Part shown: in pieces, positions 10,897-22,272 of the stretch
Layout: the number at the start of each line of letters is the position of its first letter
How positions within the stretch are numbered: the stretch's first letter is position 1
Source of the DNA: Rhodosorus marinus CCMP1338
Lineage: Eukaryota > Plantae > Rhodophyta
Length of the DNA: 64,000 nucleotides
Direction: 5' to 3'
Assembly (NCBI GenBank): GCA_029953675.1
Contig: JAMWBK010000008.1
Coordinates: forward strand, 124,001-188,000
Position numbers and translations under genes: made by a program
Notes under the pieces: generated by a model
Told to the model about the DNA's origin: nothing
The model's input: only the letters and a program-made list of their open reading frames with translations
The model's database searches: none

Positions 10897-11004
10897 GGGT
10901 TGCCCAATTGCTGGGTTGCCCAATTGCTGGGTTGCCCAATTGCTGGGTTGCCCAATTGCTGGGTTGCCCAATTGCGGGGTTGCCCAATTGCTGGGTTGCC
11001 CAAT
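10897..11004. repeat. Tandem repeat, ~6.75 x 16 bp (GGGTTGCCCAATTGCT)
   Basis: Direct reading; degenerate units extend left to ~10858. Confidence 0.95.
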
Positions 11005-11095
11005 ATAACTATAACTGGTAGTTTGCATACCACTCAACAACAGACAGAGCTGGGGTTGAAAGAATGACTGGCCGGGAATATGAAACTTGTTGGAA

Positions 11096-11102
11096 GTCTG
11101 GG
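11096..11102 (+). mobile_element. Family D tail-only micro-insertion (GTCTGGG) with 7-bp TSD
   Basis: GTTGGAA at 11089-11095 and 11103-11109; the junction reads AGTCTGGGGTT, 11 nt of the D tail. Confidence 0.6.
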
Positions 11103-11159
11103 GTTGGAAAGGAAAACCCACAAAATGGAGAGAAAATCGAGTTGATCCATTGAATCTGA

Positions 11160-11811
11160 TGGTCAGGTCGAGTCTTTTTTTAATGTTTTTAAGGGTATTC
11201 GTCTCCGCCCTGACATTGTGGTTCGTCATCACCGCACAGGTAAGCAGTACGTCATCGACGTCAAGGCGGCATCCCCATTACGAATCTCCTCGTTCGAACC
11301 GCATGTCAATCTGGTTATGTCTCGAGAGCTATTTCGTGGTACGACTCATCCATGCTGTTTACCGTTGATTCCAACTTCTCACTCTGGGCGCTTAGTCCAG
11401 ATAGTTATCGTTTATTCAAACTACTACCGAATGTAGCGCTAACGAATACGCTATTGGTCTCTCCCAATCCGCTGGCTGTGGACACCCTCAGTCAAGATTC
11501 CGCTGCTCAAAACCCCGTGTGTGACTTCTTGAGGTCTTTTAGTTCCTTTGTGCGCCCCTGCTGAAAACCCTGCGTGTGACTTCCTGAGGTCTTTTAGTTC
11601 CTTTGTGCGCCCCCCGCACAGGCGTTGTGCACCACCTGAGCCTCCCTCGGAGGCACCATCGCCATATGATACGGCTAAAAAGCAAGGGCAGGCAGCAACA
11701 GTGCGAGTGGATCACCTTGCTGAACGCCAATACGCCAGCTGAGGAGGAATCAATCTTGTGCGGTAGAAGCGGAGAGGTCTGCAGCAATGGTACCCGTAAT
11801 CATTGAGTGCA
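11160..11811 (+). mobile_element. Mosaic of CRE-like fragments (REL catalytic segment, ORF2 N-terminus-like piece, A-like ORF1 C-terminus, REL C-terminus)
   Basis: RLRPDIVVRHHRTGKQYVIDV at ~11200-11260; 11460-11660 matches A ORF1 18022-18165 and contains a 55-bp tandem duplication; MVPVIIEC at ~11790-11810. Confidence 0.7.
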
Positions 11812-12482
11812 TTAGGTTGGGGTTACGTTAGTCTGGGGTAGAATTTGGCCACCCTGAAGCCGAGAACCGAACCCGCCCCAGGAGCAGAAGAAGCCGATCC
11901 CCCAGCTTGGAAACATGGTTCCATTCAAAAAACCCTCTCCAGAGAGGCACACCATGCAGCTTTCCAAAGACTGGTTTCCCACGCGCAAATTTCAGCTGAA
12001 GATCGGGCCAGAATTCGGTCCGCAGCCGGAGCTGGCTCAGGAGTGTGGTTACGGGAAATGCCGACGCTTGCGCCGAAAAAACTGAGTACCGCCGAACTGC
12101 AAGTGAATGTACGACAGCTGTTGGGCTTGCCGATACCGGGAATACGGACGTCGGGGAATTGTACTAGTTGTGGTAGTTCGTATGGTACTAACGGCGTACA
12201 AAGGTTTCACCACTGCCCAACATCGACGGGACTATGGCAGCGAAGGCACGACGAAATCTGTACGGAGTCTGGGGTTACTTAATTAGACATAGTGTTGCGC
12301 TGCAGTAGGCAGCTGCCCAGTAAAGCTTACGGTTACGTTAGTCTGGGTCTGGGTATGTTTAGAGCGTACATAGTGTTTTAGTAGTGCGGTACTTTAGGTA
12401 GCAGCCGAATAAAAGGCTACGGGGTTGGGGTTGCGTTAGTCTGGGGTTACGTTAGTCTGGGGATTGTTTGGATTAGTCTGGG
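11812..12482 (+). mobile_element. Head-to-tail stack of family D fragments and 3' UTRs separated by tail blocks
   Basis: Tail blocks at 11812-11838, 12261-12278, 12331-12352 and 12419-12482; zinc-finger region CTSC...HHC...RRHD in 11845-12260; 3' UTRs match 38090-38145 and 38505-38585. Confidence 0.85.
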
Positions 12483-12526
12483 CCTGGAAAGCACAGCTTG
12501 TTCGTGGTGAGAAGCAGGAGGAAAGC

Positions 12527-13930
12527 ATGTCCAACGTTGGTGAGCCCCCTCCCGCGGGGGGGGAAACCCCGAGCAGTGAGAGTGCCCAGCGGGGTGACAA
12601 TTTCTGTATCGTTGATCAGCTTGAGGAGGGAGAACTCGACGAAAGCCAAGTGCAGCATATACCTGAGGCTGCACACTGTGATTCTCCAACGGAAACAATG
12701 GACACTGCGTCCACGGTTCAAGAAGAGGAATTTCTACAGGACTTCATGGATAAGGTCTCGAAGTACACCGCCCTCTACGAAGATGTTGGGGGTGGAAGTC
12801 GCAGATATGCAGCGATTTTTTGTCAATTTCGATCGTTTATACACCAGGTCAGGTACAATCGCCGATCTGAAGGAGATCAACGATCATCTGGAGCGGTTGG
12901 GTGCAAACCCCATGCTGTGGAACCCTTCAGAAGTGCGCAACGCAGGGCACCAGCGTCGTGGACAGAACACGAAGATACCCTATCAATTTGGGAGTCAATC
13001 CAGAGATCAGTCAACGGAGCTGTTTGGGATGGGACACCGTGAGCAACAAGACACCCTGGGACAACCGCAATTAGTACAGCAGACTATGGGACAGTCGAGG
13101 GTGGGACAACAAACTCCGGGACAGCCCGGGGTGGGACAGCAGGATCTCGCATTCCCCGCCCTGGGACATACCGCTCCCAGTGGCACCTACGCACAGCGTG
13201 CGGCCAAGGCAGCCGGCATGCGTCAACAGACAGCCCTCCGACAACTGCACGCCACGGTTGGAGGAAGTAAATGGGGCCCCGATACACACCCGGTGCTCGC
13301 GACGTTGCGCAACGTACGCCCGCCGCGCAACGAATTGGTGGCGCTCTCGGATTACAAACAAGTCCTGTGCACAGCTTTGGGTATTCCGGTACACCTGATT
13401 GCACATATCGATTTTGTTGCCACCCACGCACTGCTGGTATGTCATTCTGACGCGATACCGTTGATCACCAGCGCCATTGCGAGGGGAGTGTTCCGCTCAG
13501 GTGTGTTTGGATCCTTCGCGAGACGCCGCCAAGATCACCAGGTAACAATACACACCGGAGTCGAGCCAGAAGCGCGCAACCTGATTGGGTACAATGAGAG
13601 GCTCACCCATCAGCCACATGAAGTTAGCTAACGCACACTCGAACGAGCCATTGAACAGATGGAGAGAGTTAAGCGCCTAATTTCCCTGCTGTATATGCCG
13701 TTTACTACCTCGGCTTCCATACATGCGCACCTGGAAGCTCGCATGGAGTATCTACGCTCGCGCCTCGAGTCGCAGGAACCCGCCGCCCAGCGCCTGGCCT
13801 CTACTGTCACGGAAGGAGAGAGTGAGATCCCCCTGCAGACAGGAGCCGATAACGAAGATGTACTGATCCCTATAGTTACACCGGGCGATGCACAAAACGA
13901 ATTACGGCCAGATATTGGACCCTCTGAAAC
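12527..13930 (+). pseudogene. Family D (D2) ORF1, disrupted
   Basis: ATG 12527; frameshift in G run ~12787; in-frame TAA 13629-13631; core ATLRNVRPP...LCTALG homologous to 29270-29340. Confidence 0.8.
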
Positions 13931-13931
13931 T

Positions 13932-14297
13932 TCGCGTCGTCGACGAAGACGCTCCACCGCCTGATCCAGTCTTGACGATCCGAGAAGAACGGAGGCTCGT
14001 CGCGGCGTCGTTTGATTCCCCTACGTCTGCTCGGCATTATTGCGCTGGGTTTTCCTGGCTCTCCTGCGTGTCCATCGCGTGATGGTTGCCGTCAAGGGTA
14101 ACCTGTGTCGCAGTGGTATCAGGTGGAGTCTCCACGGCTGCCGGAGTCATCTCAGTATCCGGTCCGGTTCCATCGGCGGATACTCGCGAGCGCTTCTGTT
14201 GAGGTGGCTCCGGAAGGTTGCAGAGAAGCTCCGCATGGGGATTTTCCTCGTGTGCTGCGTTCGCCTGGGGTTACCCCAGACTAACGTAACCCCTAAC
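13932..14297 (-). mobile_element. Inverted fragment of family D ORF1/ORF2 region, preceded by a D tail block
   Basis: Reverse complement of ~29895-30222 (with an internal gap); tail CCCCAGACTAACGTAACCCCTAAC at 14274-14297. Confidence 0.85.
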
Positions 14298-14812
14298 TGC
14301 GCTGGCCACGGGGCAGGTAATCGCAAAGTCCACATATGTTGAGCGTCTGGCAGCAGCGTCGGAGGCGAGGAGTTCGGCTATACAACGGGGCGGTGCAGAG
14401 TCCGAGATTGATCTGGGCAGTTCCGACTCAACCTCAACCGTATGCCCTATCCGAGTCAAAAATTCGCTGAGGATGTACTTGAGGCGAGTGTGACGCCTCG
14501 TACGCAGACCTCTCAACAGTCCGCAGGAACCCAGGAAGTGGTAGCCACAAGCGTCAATCCGACTCTCACATCCCTGACAGAAAGACGGCCGATTAGGGTG
14601 CCACGGAGCCTGTGGCAAACCGAGATAGATCCGTGCGGCAGAACGGAACTGGAAAGCATCGAGACGATGACTCAATGACGACGGTAGCGTGGTTAACCAC
14701 AAGTGCGAGAGGTGGCCTCCCATGCCACGGAGACGAGCGGCAGTGGTAGGCGGCGTGAGAGGAGAATTGAGCATGACTGTGTGAGCGGCACTGTGTTGGC
14801 CCCAGGTGAGGC
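14298..14812 (-). mobile_element. Family B1 internal fragment (CCHC + REL)
   Basis: Near-identical to 27461-27970. Confidence 0.9.
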
Positions 14813-14969
14813 AACCCTAGATTAACGTTAGTCCAGTCGAAATTCCTCCAACTACCGAATGTAGCTTTAGCGATACTCAAGGAGAGCAGGAGGGGCGAGG
14901 CTAAGGAGACCCCAGAGCGGGGTAAGAAGACTAGTTTGTATAGGGAACAGCTAGCATAAGTCAGCAGGA

Positions 14970-16295
14970 CTAAGAGTTTGCTGGAGGGAGCGTCACTGGA
15001 GCAGGAATAGTTGTCGGACAATTGCAGTCTGCACCATCCTCGAACCGACAGTCATTTCGTCCGTCCGCATACTCTGATGCGCACGTTATCAGAAGAGTGT
15101 TTTGTGGGTCGCCTCCTTCTTCATGGCAGAACCACACCACAGCAGCGCTGATGGTTCTTTGAATCCCAGCCGTATTACAAGTCGGACCTAAGAAGCCTAT
15201 TTCTGAACAGCTGGGACAATCCTGCCGATTTGAAACTGTGAAATAACAGGACATAAGCACTGCGTCGATTGGTTGGTTGCAGACTCCTCCGGCGCTAGCC
15301 GTTTGTCGAAAGTTATCACAGGTACGTGGAGTTATGTCGTATAGGCCGAACCTTAACTTGTCATCATTTCCAAGTTCCACAAACACGTTCTTCGCAATGC
15401 ACGTCAATTTTACAGGACCATTCGAAGGGGCTGGCGAGGATGTCGCCGTTGGTTGCAAACAAGCGCAGAATCCATCCACTCGAATAAATGGTTCCTAGAC
15501 ATTGGTGGTTGCTAACAAAGTTAGCCGTATCCCAAAAGTGTTCACAAGTCATCAGAGCTGAGACCTCGGGCGGGGGAGCGACCCCAGAAACAGCGCTCTG
15601 CGGTAGCAGATTTTGCGACGGACTTACCTCGCCGATCGGGCATTCAAAAGCTAGGGCATCCTCACAAACTCCTCCTGGCCCTCGACAATGACCCGCCTCG
15701 CACGGTGGGCAAGCAATCATAACGTCACAGGCAGTCGTGTTGTCGCCATCCCTCGTCGTGCACATATCATCGTCGTCCTCGGCGCTCAGAAAAACCCGGA
15801 ATTGCTCGTCGCTATTGCCCATCCTACTGACGACCGCGGAAGCGACCAACTGTGGACGCTCTGCCCGCAACAGTCAGTCTGTCCTTGCAATTCTTCGGGA
15901 CAAATGAGAACACTAGCCCATCTAATCTAATCCGTCGCCTCGTTCTTCGTCTTCCAACGGTCGATGTTCCTGCGGGAAGTAAATCTATCCTGCCCGGTGG
16001 GGGGCTCATCGAAGTGCGCTCCAGCTCGGATCAGGTTCAATTCATATCCATCATCAGCCCTGAATTTGGCTCTGATACAACTCGGCAAGAACAATGCCCC
16101 GGGATCAAGTTTATTGTCGTTCAACTTGGTGTCCGCACACACTTGGCCGAACCGGACTCCATCTCTGTTGCGAAGGGGCCTACAGAACTCAGAAAATTCA
16201 AGCGCTCCAGCCAATGGGTCTGCGGAACAATCTTGAGATTGAACCACTGCTTGAACCGCCACAAACACTAAGAGTAACAGCGCGTACGGTCCCAT
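14970..16295 (-). pseudogene. Secreted Cys-rich multidomain protein gene broken by frameshifts
   Basis: Signal peptide MGPYALLLLVFVAVQAVVQS; coding-like Cys-rich reading continues through ORFs 15927-16295, 15364-15870 and 14970-15479; no GT-AG intron seen at the first break. Confidence 0.6.
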
Positions 16296-16916
16296 CTTCT
16301 CCTATGCCGTAACCAATCACCACTCTTAAACCAGAAGAGCTACAGTCCCTCCTTCCCTTTTCTCCTTACCGTCTCACTTTTAGCTTCTGGTAGCACGATC
16401 TGCGTTTGCCATGCACGCCCTCGAGAAACACGTCTGCAAAGCCCAATTGACATAGTACTTCCCTTCGCGCTGTGTGTGTATCTATATGTAACTGTCTACA
16501 CGATTGAGTTTTCTCTTCTGCGCAATGTGTTTATACTGTTGCTTGCACAACAATCGACATGCTGAAATTCCTTGGTAGGGAGAACTCGAGCCTTAGTTTC
16601 CTCGTCGCCCTTGGGTTGGCTAGCAAAATAACAACTCGGGCGGGTGGCTCTCGTAGACGTTCGCAATTTGGTTTTTGGTTTCGTGAGGGTGTATGGTGCT
16701 GGCTTTTGGTGGTTTTGAGTCGCAATTGTGTTCTTCGGTGGGAGGCGCTTCTTTCTGCAGCCTTTCCCCCGCATCTTCTAGTGGTGTGGTGCGTGCTGGG
16801 GGTTGCTAGCGCCCCTTGGAGGTCGTGGTGGTTTTTCTTTGGTTGCAAACGTTGGGAACAAGTTCTCTTTTTGGGGGTTTCGGGGGGGAATCGGTTTTTC
16901 AAACCTTCCAATCGTT

Positions 16917-18215
16917 ATGGTTGGGGTTTCCCCACCCATTCCGACGGACGGAGCCGTTCTCTCAGCGCGCGTGGAGCTCAGCGTGGGCGGGTTTAGTACC
17001 GCGGCCACCCTCACGGACTGCGTTGACGAGTTGGCCCATGGGATCTGCTCGAAACTGACGAGTCCTCTTGTGACTGCTTCCCAGGAACACCGCCTGCCCC
17101 TGCTGATCGCCTATTTGGAGCGCTTCTCCGCCTCCGCGCCTGCCCCATACCCCCCGGTGCCCGTCCCCGCGGATCCGCACAGTACAGCGGGGCCTGCCTC
17201 CAACCGACCCGAGCGCTCCGCTCCGGTCATTCCTGATTCCGACTGGCCTACCCCTATTGAAGGACAGACGCCTCCTGGGCCCGCGTCGGGCCCGAATCCT
17301 GCTCCCTCCAGTGCCCGACGTGCGACCTATTCGCAGGTCCTGCGCAGGGGCTCTTCTGAACAACGCACGACGGCAATGGTGCGTATGATGCCACAACACA
17401 TCCCTATTGACTCTTCTCGCCAACTATCTCCGTTCCACTTTGTTTGGATGACGAACGTGCGTCCCCAGACCCCCTCTCGTGGTCGGGGCCGCGCGCCCGT
17501 CCACTACCGCGATTTTCGCGACACCATGGCTTCCTCCCTTGGGGTCGCCCCGTCTGAATTCCTATATGTGGACTTCACGGCCCCTCATGCCTGTTTTCTT
17601 GTTACTGACTCGGCTTACCAGTTCCTTCAATCGCTTGTAACCACCCCCGCGCCCCAGCGCTCTGCTCTGGCCAACATGATACTGACTCGTCCTCATGTCT
17701 CTTTGTTTGTCGAGTTCGATCGTTTTGACGCCGGCTGGGTTCCTCCGTCGGCCTTGCAAAACCTGGATGCCTCGCAGGTTTCGGTTGTCGCGCTACACAC
17801 TCATGCGGTACGGCTCTCGCGCATACAGGCGAGCCTCTTCGCGCGTTTTCCTCCTCGCGGGGTCCTCCGCACCGCGCTAGAGGCCTTCCTCTCCACCGAG
17901 GCCACCCTGCTGGAAGCCCACCTTGCGTTTGACCTTCTGCCGCCGACTCTTGAGCACCCTTTCTCCCCTCGCCCTGTCTCCGAGGCTCGTGACACCGACA
18001 TGGCAGAAGCACCATCGGCCTCTCCGAATCCGCTGGCTCTGGACACCCTCAGTCAAGACTCCGCTGCTGTAAACCCTGGGTCTACTTTCTTCAGGTCTTT
18101 TAGTTCCTTCGTGCGCCCCCCACATAAGCGTCGTGCGGCTCCTGAGCCTCCCTCCGAGGCACCTCCTCCGGATATTCGATCTGCCTTCCCGACTGAGGGG
18201 AGGCCCGATGTCTGA
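16917..18215 (+). CDS. Family A ORF1 (432 aa), putative nucleic-acid-binding protein
   Basis: Intact; starts MVGVSP like B MVGISP; motifs TYSQVLRRG and WMTNVRPQ shared with B and D ORF1. Confidence 0.85.
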   Translation: MVGVSPPIPTDGAVLSARVELSVGGFSTAATLTDCVDELAHGICSKLTSPLVTASQEHRLPLLIAYLERFSASAPAPYPPVPVPADPHSTAGPASNRPERSAPVIPDSDWPTPIEGQTPPGPASGPNPAPSSARRATYSQVLRRGSSEQRTTAMVRMMPQHIPIDSSRQLSPFHFVWMTNVRPQTPSRGRGRAPVHYRDFRDTMASSLGVAPSEFLYVDFTAPHACFLVTDSAYQFLQSLVTTPAPQRSALANMILTRPHVSLFVEFDRFDAGWVPPSALQNLDASQVSVVALHTHAVRLSRIQASLFARFPPRGVLRTALEAFLSTEATLLEAHLAFDLLPPTLEHPFSPRPVSEARDTDMAEAPSASPNPLALDTLSQDSAAVNPGSTFFRSFSSFVRPPHKRRAAPEPPSEAPPPDIRSAFPTEGRPDV

Positions 18216-21200
18216 GTCTTCCTCCTCCGCGTGCGTGTCGTCCCGGTTACCCCTGTTTACCAGTGACCGCTCAGCCTGGCATGAGCGTGTTCTCTCGTGG
18301 TTTTCGCACCTTTTCGCCTCCCACCCGGACGGTTCCCTTCCCCTTTGTCGTCAGAGCACGGCCGTACGGTTCCCTCGTCGACTTCACAAGCCCCTAAGAT
18401 TGGTGTTGGATTTTCTCCTGCAGCAGGTCGCCGCGAACCCTCACTGCTCTCTTCGCTGGGAACTCTTGTTCTTTTTTCCCCGCCTCGTGCTCACCTCCTC
18501 TACCGTCCCCCTCAACCCACATCCTCGCCGGGTCCACCCTCGCCGAAAACTGCAAATGTTCCTTTCCGGCGACTTTGAGGACCTCGAACGTCTTTATTTC
18601 GCTTCTCTCTCTTCCTTTTCTCCTAGTGCTCCCTCAGCTTTTAGGTCTTCTCGACAGAATCGGGCGCGTCACGCGGTGGCAGGCGGTGATCTGCGGCGGG
18701 CAGCCGGGATCCTCCAGCAGCGGCAACCTGTGGTTCCATACTCCGATGATCTTTCTTCACCGCTCCGTTTGCTCTTTCCCTCGGAAGGCTCCCCTTGGGA
18801 CTCCTCGTTTGAATCAGCGTTGGAAGAGTACCGCGCCGCGCCACATCCCAGTGCGCGGTTAGTGGTCAATCTGGAGATGGTGCGTGAGTTGGTTCATGAT
18901 GCTCCGAAGGGCCGTTCCCCAGGGCCCTCGGGGCTGCGGGTGGAATATCTCCGTTTCTTAAGTGATGAAGGTTTGAAGGCGTTGGCGTGGGTGGTCGAAG
19001 CGATTGTGAATGGTGATCCCCTGTGTGAGTGTGCGTGGTTCTTGGTCGGGCGTTCGCAGTTGTGTCTGCTTTCGAAGCCCGGTCACACGGCCTCGAGCCC
19101 TGCTATTCGCCCTATTGGCCTGGTTGAGGTGGTCCGCAAATTGGCGGCGCGATGGTTAGTGAAAATCCTGGTTCCCGAATCCCGCCGTTTCTTTGGGCAC
19201 GTGCAGTTAGGCGTGGGCTATCGTGGTGGCTGTGAGTTGTTGTCTGTTTTACTCCGTTCGGAAATGGCGTACTCCCCAGATTCTGGGCTCCTCTCTGTAG
19301 ATTTTACCAATGCGTTCAACCGCGTCTCTCGTCCGGCTCTCATGCACGTGGTGCGCGAAGTCTTCCCTGTAGGCTTTCCCTTTGTTAGTAGACTTTATTC
19401 TCCGCTTGGTCGTGGGGCTACCTATGACACCCTTGGCGCTTCCTCACACACGTTTGCGGCGCGCACAGGGGTACAACAGGGTGATCCCTTGTCTCCTTTC
19501 CTACATGCCTGTGGACTACAACTCGTCTTGCTTTGTCTTCGCTCCGAATTCCCGCAGGTTCGTACGGTTGCATACCACGACGACGTGTACCTCCTGGGGC
19601 CCCCTGATACTCTAGCGCTCGCTTATGATCGTCTCCGCTCCTTGGCTTCGCGGGTTGACTTGGAGGTTAATCATCACAAATCGTTCTACTGGGGAGGTGT
19701 AGCTGCACAAGAGCAGCAGGTACCTGCGTCGTTCCAGGATATTTGGAGACCGGATGGTTTTGTCCACTTAGGCATCCCCTACGGGTCGCCGTCCTTCGTT
19801 GAAGGCAAGTTGCTGCAGCTCCTCGGTAAGTACAGACAGCTGGTTGCAGAGCTTCGACGGCTCCCTCCGGGCTTTCTCCACTGCGCGTTGTTGCTGTTTC
19901 GGTATTGTTGCAGTCAGCGGTTAACCTATTGGCTTCGCTCACTTCCAACTCATTGGGGCCGGTGGTTGGCCACTCGTGCGGATGCTGAAAGTTTCCGTGA
20001 CCTGGGGTATTTTCTCGATGAAGAGCTGAGCGCTCTGCCGCGACCCACCTGTGATGTTGTGCGCGCCCAGGTAGGCCTCCCATTGCGATTGGGGGGACTG
20101 GGCCTCTGCAATCGTGTTGTGGTCCAACCTGCAGCCGCAGTAGGGGCCTGGGGAACCGCACTTCCCACTTTGAGCAGCTTGGGTATCTCGAAGTTCCGCA
20201 ATTTGATGGCGAGCCTCTCGCGGGGTGTCTTGCTTCCCAGCGTACCGGAAAGCGCCCAAGACTTGTTTCTGGAGCTCCAAACCGCCCTGAATTCCTGTAC
20301 TAGTCTCCCCGAAACCGTTCAACCCCGTCTTCCTGACTGGCGAGCTGTATTTGACCGCTCTCGAGGCTCCGCCCCGGGGATTCGTCCTGCGCCTGAACCT
20401 GTTCTAGGGGAGATTGACCCAGTGGTTGCCGCAGAAGAAGAAGTTCCAGTTGATCCTCCTGATGATTCCCAGCGCGCTGGGAGCCGAGCTCAAGCACGCA
20501 CGGATGCGCTGCAAAATATCCTTTTTTGGGACTTGCACCGTGCTGCATATGGCCGACGACTCGAGCAGATGGTCTCATCTTCTCGCGCCCGCGCCCGCCT
20601 ACGTAGTCTTGGAGGGGTATTAGCTCTCAGTGGCTCATGACCGTACCAGCCTTTCCGCCACTCACACTGTCGGATTTCGAAGTGCGTACTTCACTGCGCT
20701 TATACCTCGGCTTACATCAGCCCCCCTGGCCGTACGAGATGGGTTCGTCGTGCCCTCTCTGCTCTCAGACTGAAGACAACGCAGATTTTGGAGCCCACCT
20801 GCTCGGTAGTTGCCCGGCGGTGAAAGGTGCTCGAACCCGCCGCCATACACGGATCTTGAACCTGTTATACCGGGAACTTCGGCCTATAGTCCGGCAAGCC
20901 GGTCTGGAAATCGAACGTGAGAAACCTTTACCCGTCGCGGACTTTCAAAATGATGAACGCCGTGTAGCCGACCTGGTGATCACCTGTGACGACAGCCGCC
21001 GTATCACATACGTTGATCTTGCTGTTCCTAACCCTCAAGCTAGTCGTTATCTCCCGGCTGCGGGGGAGCGCCGTGGATCTGCCGCCGCCAGCATGAGACG
21101 CCGCAAAGAGATCAAATACGCGGGGGCTTTGTCTTCCCCTGGTGTTCGTGCTTCGGCACTAGCCCATCGCTTGGTACCCCTGATCATTGAGTGCTTTGGG

Positions 21201-21350
21201 TTCATGGACTCTGTTGGTTCTCGCTGGCTTCGGGAGTTGTTCCGCGAACGCCCTGACCGTCTTCAATCGTTGTTTACCCGCTTAAGTTTCCTGCTGTGGC
21301 GCATGAATGCCGCTTTGATGTTGGAGGCGCGAGTTCTTCGCCGCACTTAG
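18208..21350 (+). CDS. Family A ORF2: RT + CCHC + REL endonuclease, one 1-nt frameshift at ~20616
   Basis: SPGPSGL, IRPIGLVE, DFTNAFN, GVQQGDPL, YHDD, LPLRLGGLG; CPLC...HLLGSC...RRH, ADLV...YVDL, PLIIECFG. Confidence 0.9.
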
Positions 21351-21409
21351 TCTTTTTTTCCCCTCGGGGTTTTTTCTTTCAGCCTCCGATTAAACCATTC
21401 GTCGTAGAC

Positions 21410-21600
21410 AGGGAAAGAGGATTCACAGACGCGGATTTCGCTTTTGGTATTTTGTCTGGGGTTAGTATTTTGCACGCCAAATTACCGAGTTCCAATTGCA
21501 TTTGACTGTGACACACATGCCGACCAAGCCCATAATAATTCGGTGCGGAGCCCTGAGGGCCCAGGGCAGCGTCGGTTCCATAGCGGATAGGCACTATGTT
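21410..21600 (-). mobile_element. Old CRE-like RT fragment that is the target of element A (continues at ~16530-16650)
   Basis: RRCPGPSGLRTELL at 21574-21533. Confidence 0.65.
21455..21464 (+). mobile_element. Family D tail-only micro-insertion (TCTGGGGTTA) with 8-bp TSD
   Basis: GTATTTTG at 21447-21454 and 21465-21472. Confidence 0.75.
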
Positions 21601-21633
21601 AGTGTTGAATGCCAGTGTTGAGTAAATTGGAGT

Positions 21634-21975
21634 ACAGTGAGGAGTTGTCGAGGATTGGAGTTTTGTTTCTTTTTCGGTCGCGAGCGTGTTCGTTTACGGG
21701 AAGCGCTTCCTGTGGTACGCCTTCCCCTCGATTTTCCGCGGGGCGTCGTTTGCATTTGCAACTACTTCTGTCTTCCGGGTGGGTGTGTTGCGGGGCCTTT
21801 CCTATTTGGGTTGGGTTTGGTCGATTATTCTCTCGGTGCGGTTTCATATTGGTGGTGCAACGTTTCCTTTGCGCATTACCTCAGGATGGTAGGGATATCT
21901 CCGCGCTCGACGGAGCCTCATCCCAAGGAGGCACTGCCAGGTGGGGGACTCCGTGTTCGCCTCAGCTGCAGCACC
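21634..21975 (+). mobile_element. Family B1 5' end fragment
   Basis: Starts ACAGTGAGGAGTTG exactly like the TSD-bounded copy at 51404. Confidence 0.9.
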
Positions 21976-22245
21976 TTGAAGCGGTGACGTCACCATTACG
22001 TCCACCACGTACACATGCCCGCTCGTCGGGTGTCTTGCTACAATATCTGGTCGAATACCTGACCAGGGAAAGAACCCTTGCGGCTCCACTTGTAGGTCCG
22101 TAAAATTCCACAGGTGCATACATCGGCTCAGCTCCATTTTTAGTTCATCATGTCGCTTTGTTCGCATGCCTGACGACGTTCGGCAGTGATGCAGACGTTG
22201 AATTCCTCTTACATCGTGAGCTTGTTCACAAACCGTGCACGTGTT
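21976..22245 (-). mobile_element. D-related CCHC + REL fragment of a further family
   Basis: CTVC...LHHC...RTKRHDEL...IRPDIVARHP...YVVDV. Confidence 0.8.
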
Positions 22246-22272
22246 CGACGAGTGCGACAGTCGAGTTAAGCG

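Larger units (their letters stand above)
16659..21401 (+). mobile_element. Full-length family A CRE-like non-LTR retrotransposon (4743 bp) with 8-bp TSD
   Basis: TCGTAGAC at 16651-16658 and 21402-21409; 258-nt 5' UTR, ORF1, RT-REL ORF2, tail CCATTCG. Confidence 0.92.

Noticed and set aside
10730-11232. ORFs with QPSNWATQQLGNPAIG repeats
   Set aside because: These are translations of the 16-bp satellite, open in several frames on both strands; no independent coding signal.
20600-20660. Tricistronic element with a separate endonuclease ORF coupled by an ATGA overlap (20637-20640)
   Set aside because: The conserved WL.T.P motif lies upstream of that ATG in the downstream frame (ISSQWLMTVP), and the relic at ~43478-43515 reads SLGGSLNCQWL continuously. 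A single missing base at ~20616 explains the split.
21352-21380. Rho-independent terminator at the A 3' end (T run-CCCCTCGGGG-T run)
   Set aside because: Eukaryotic element and a stem of only 4 bp; better treated as part of the A 3' UTR.
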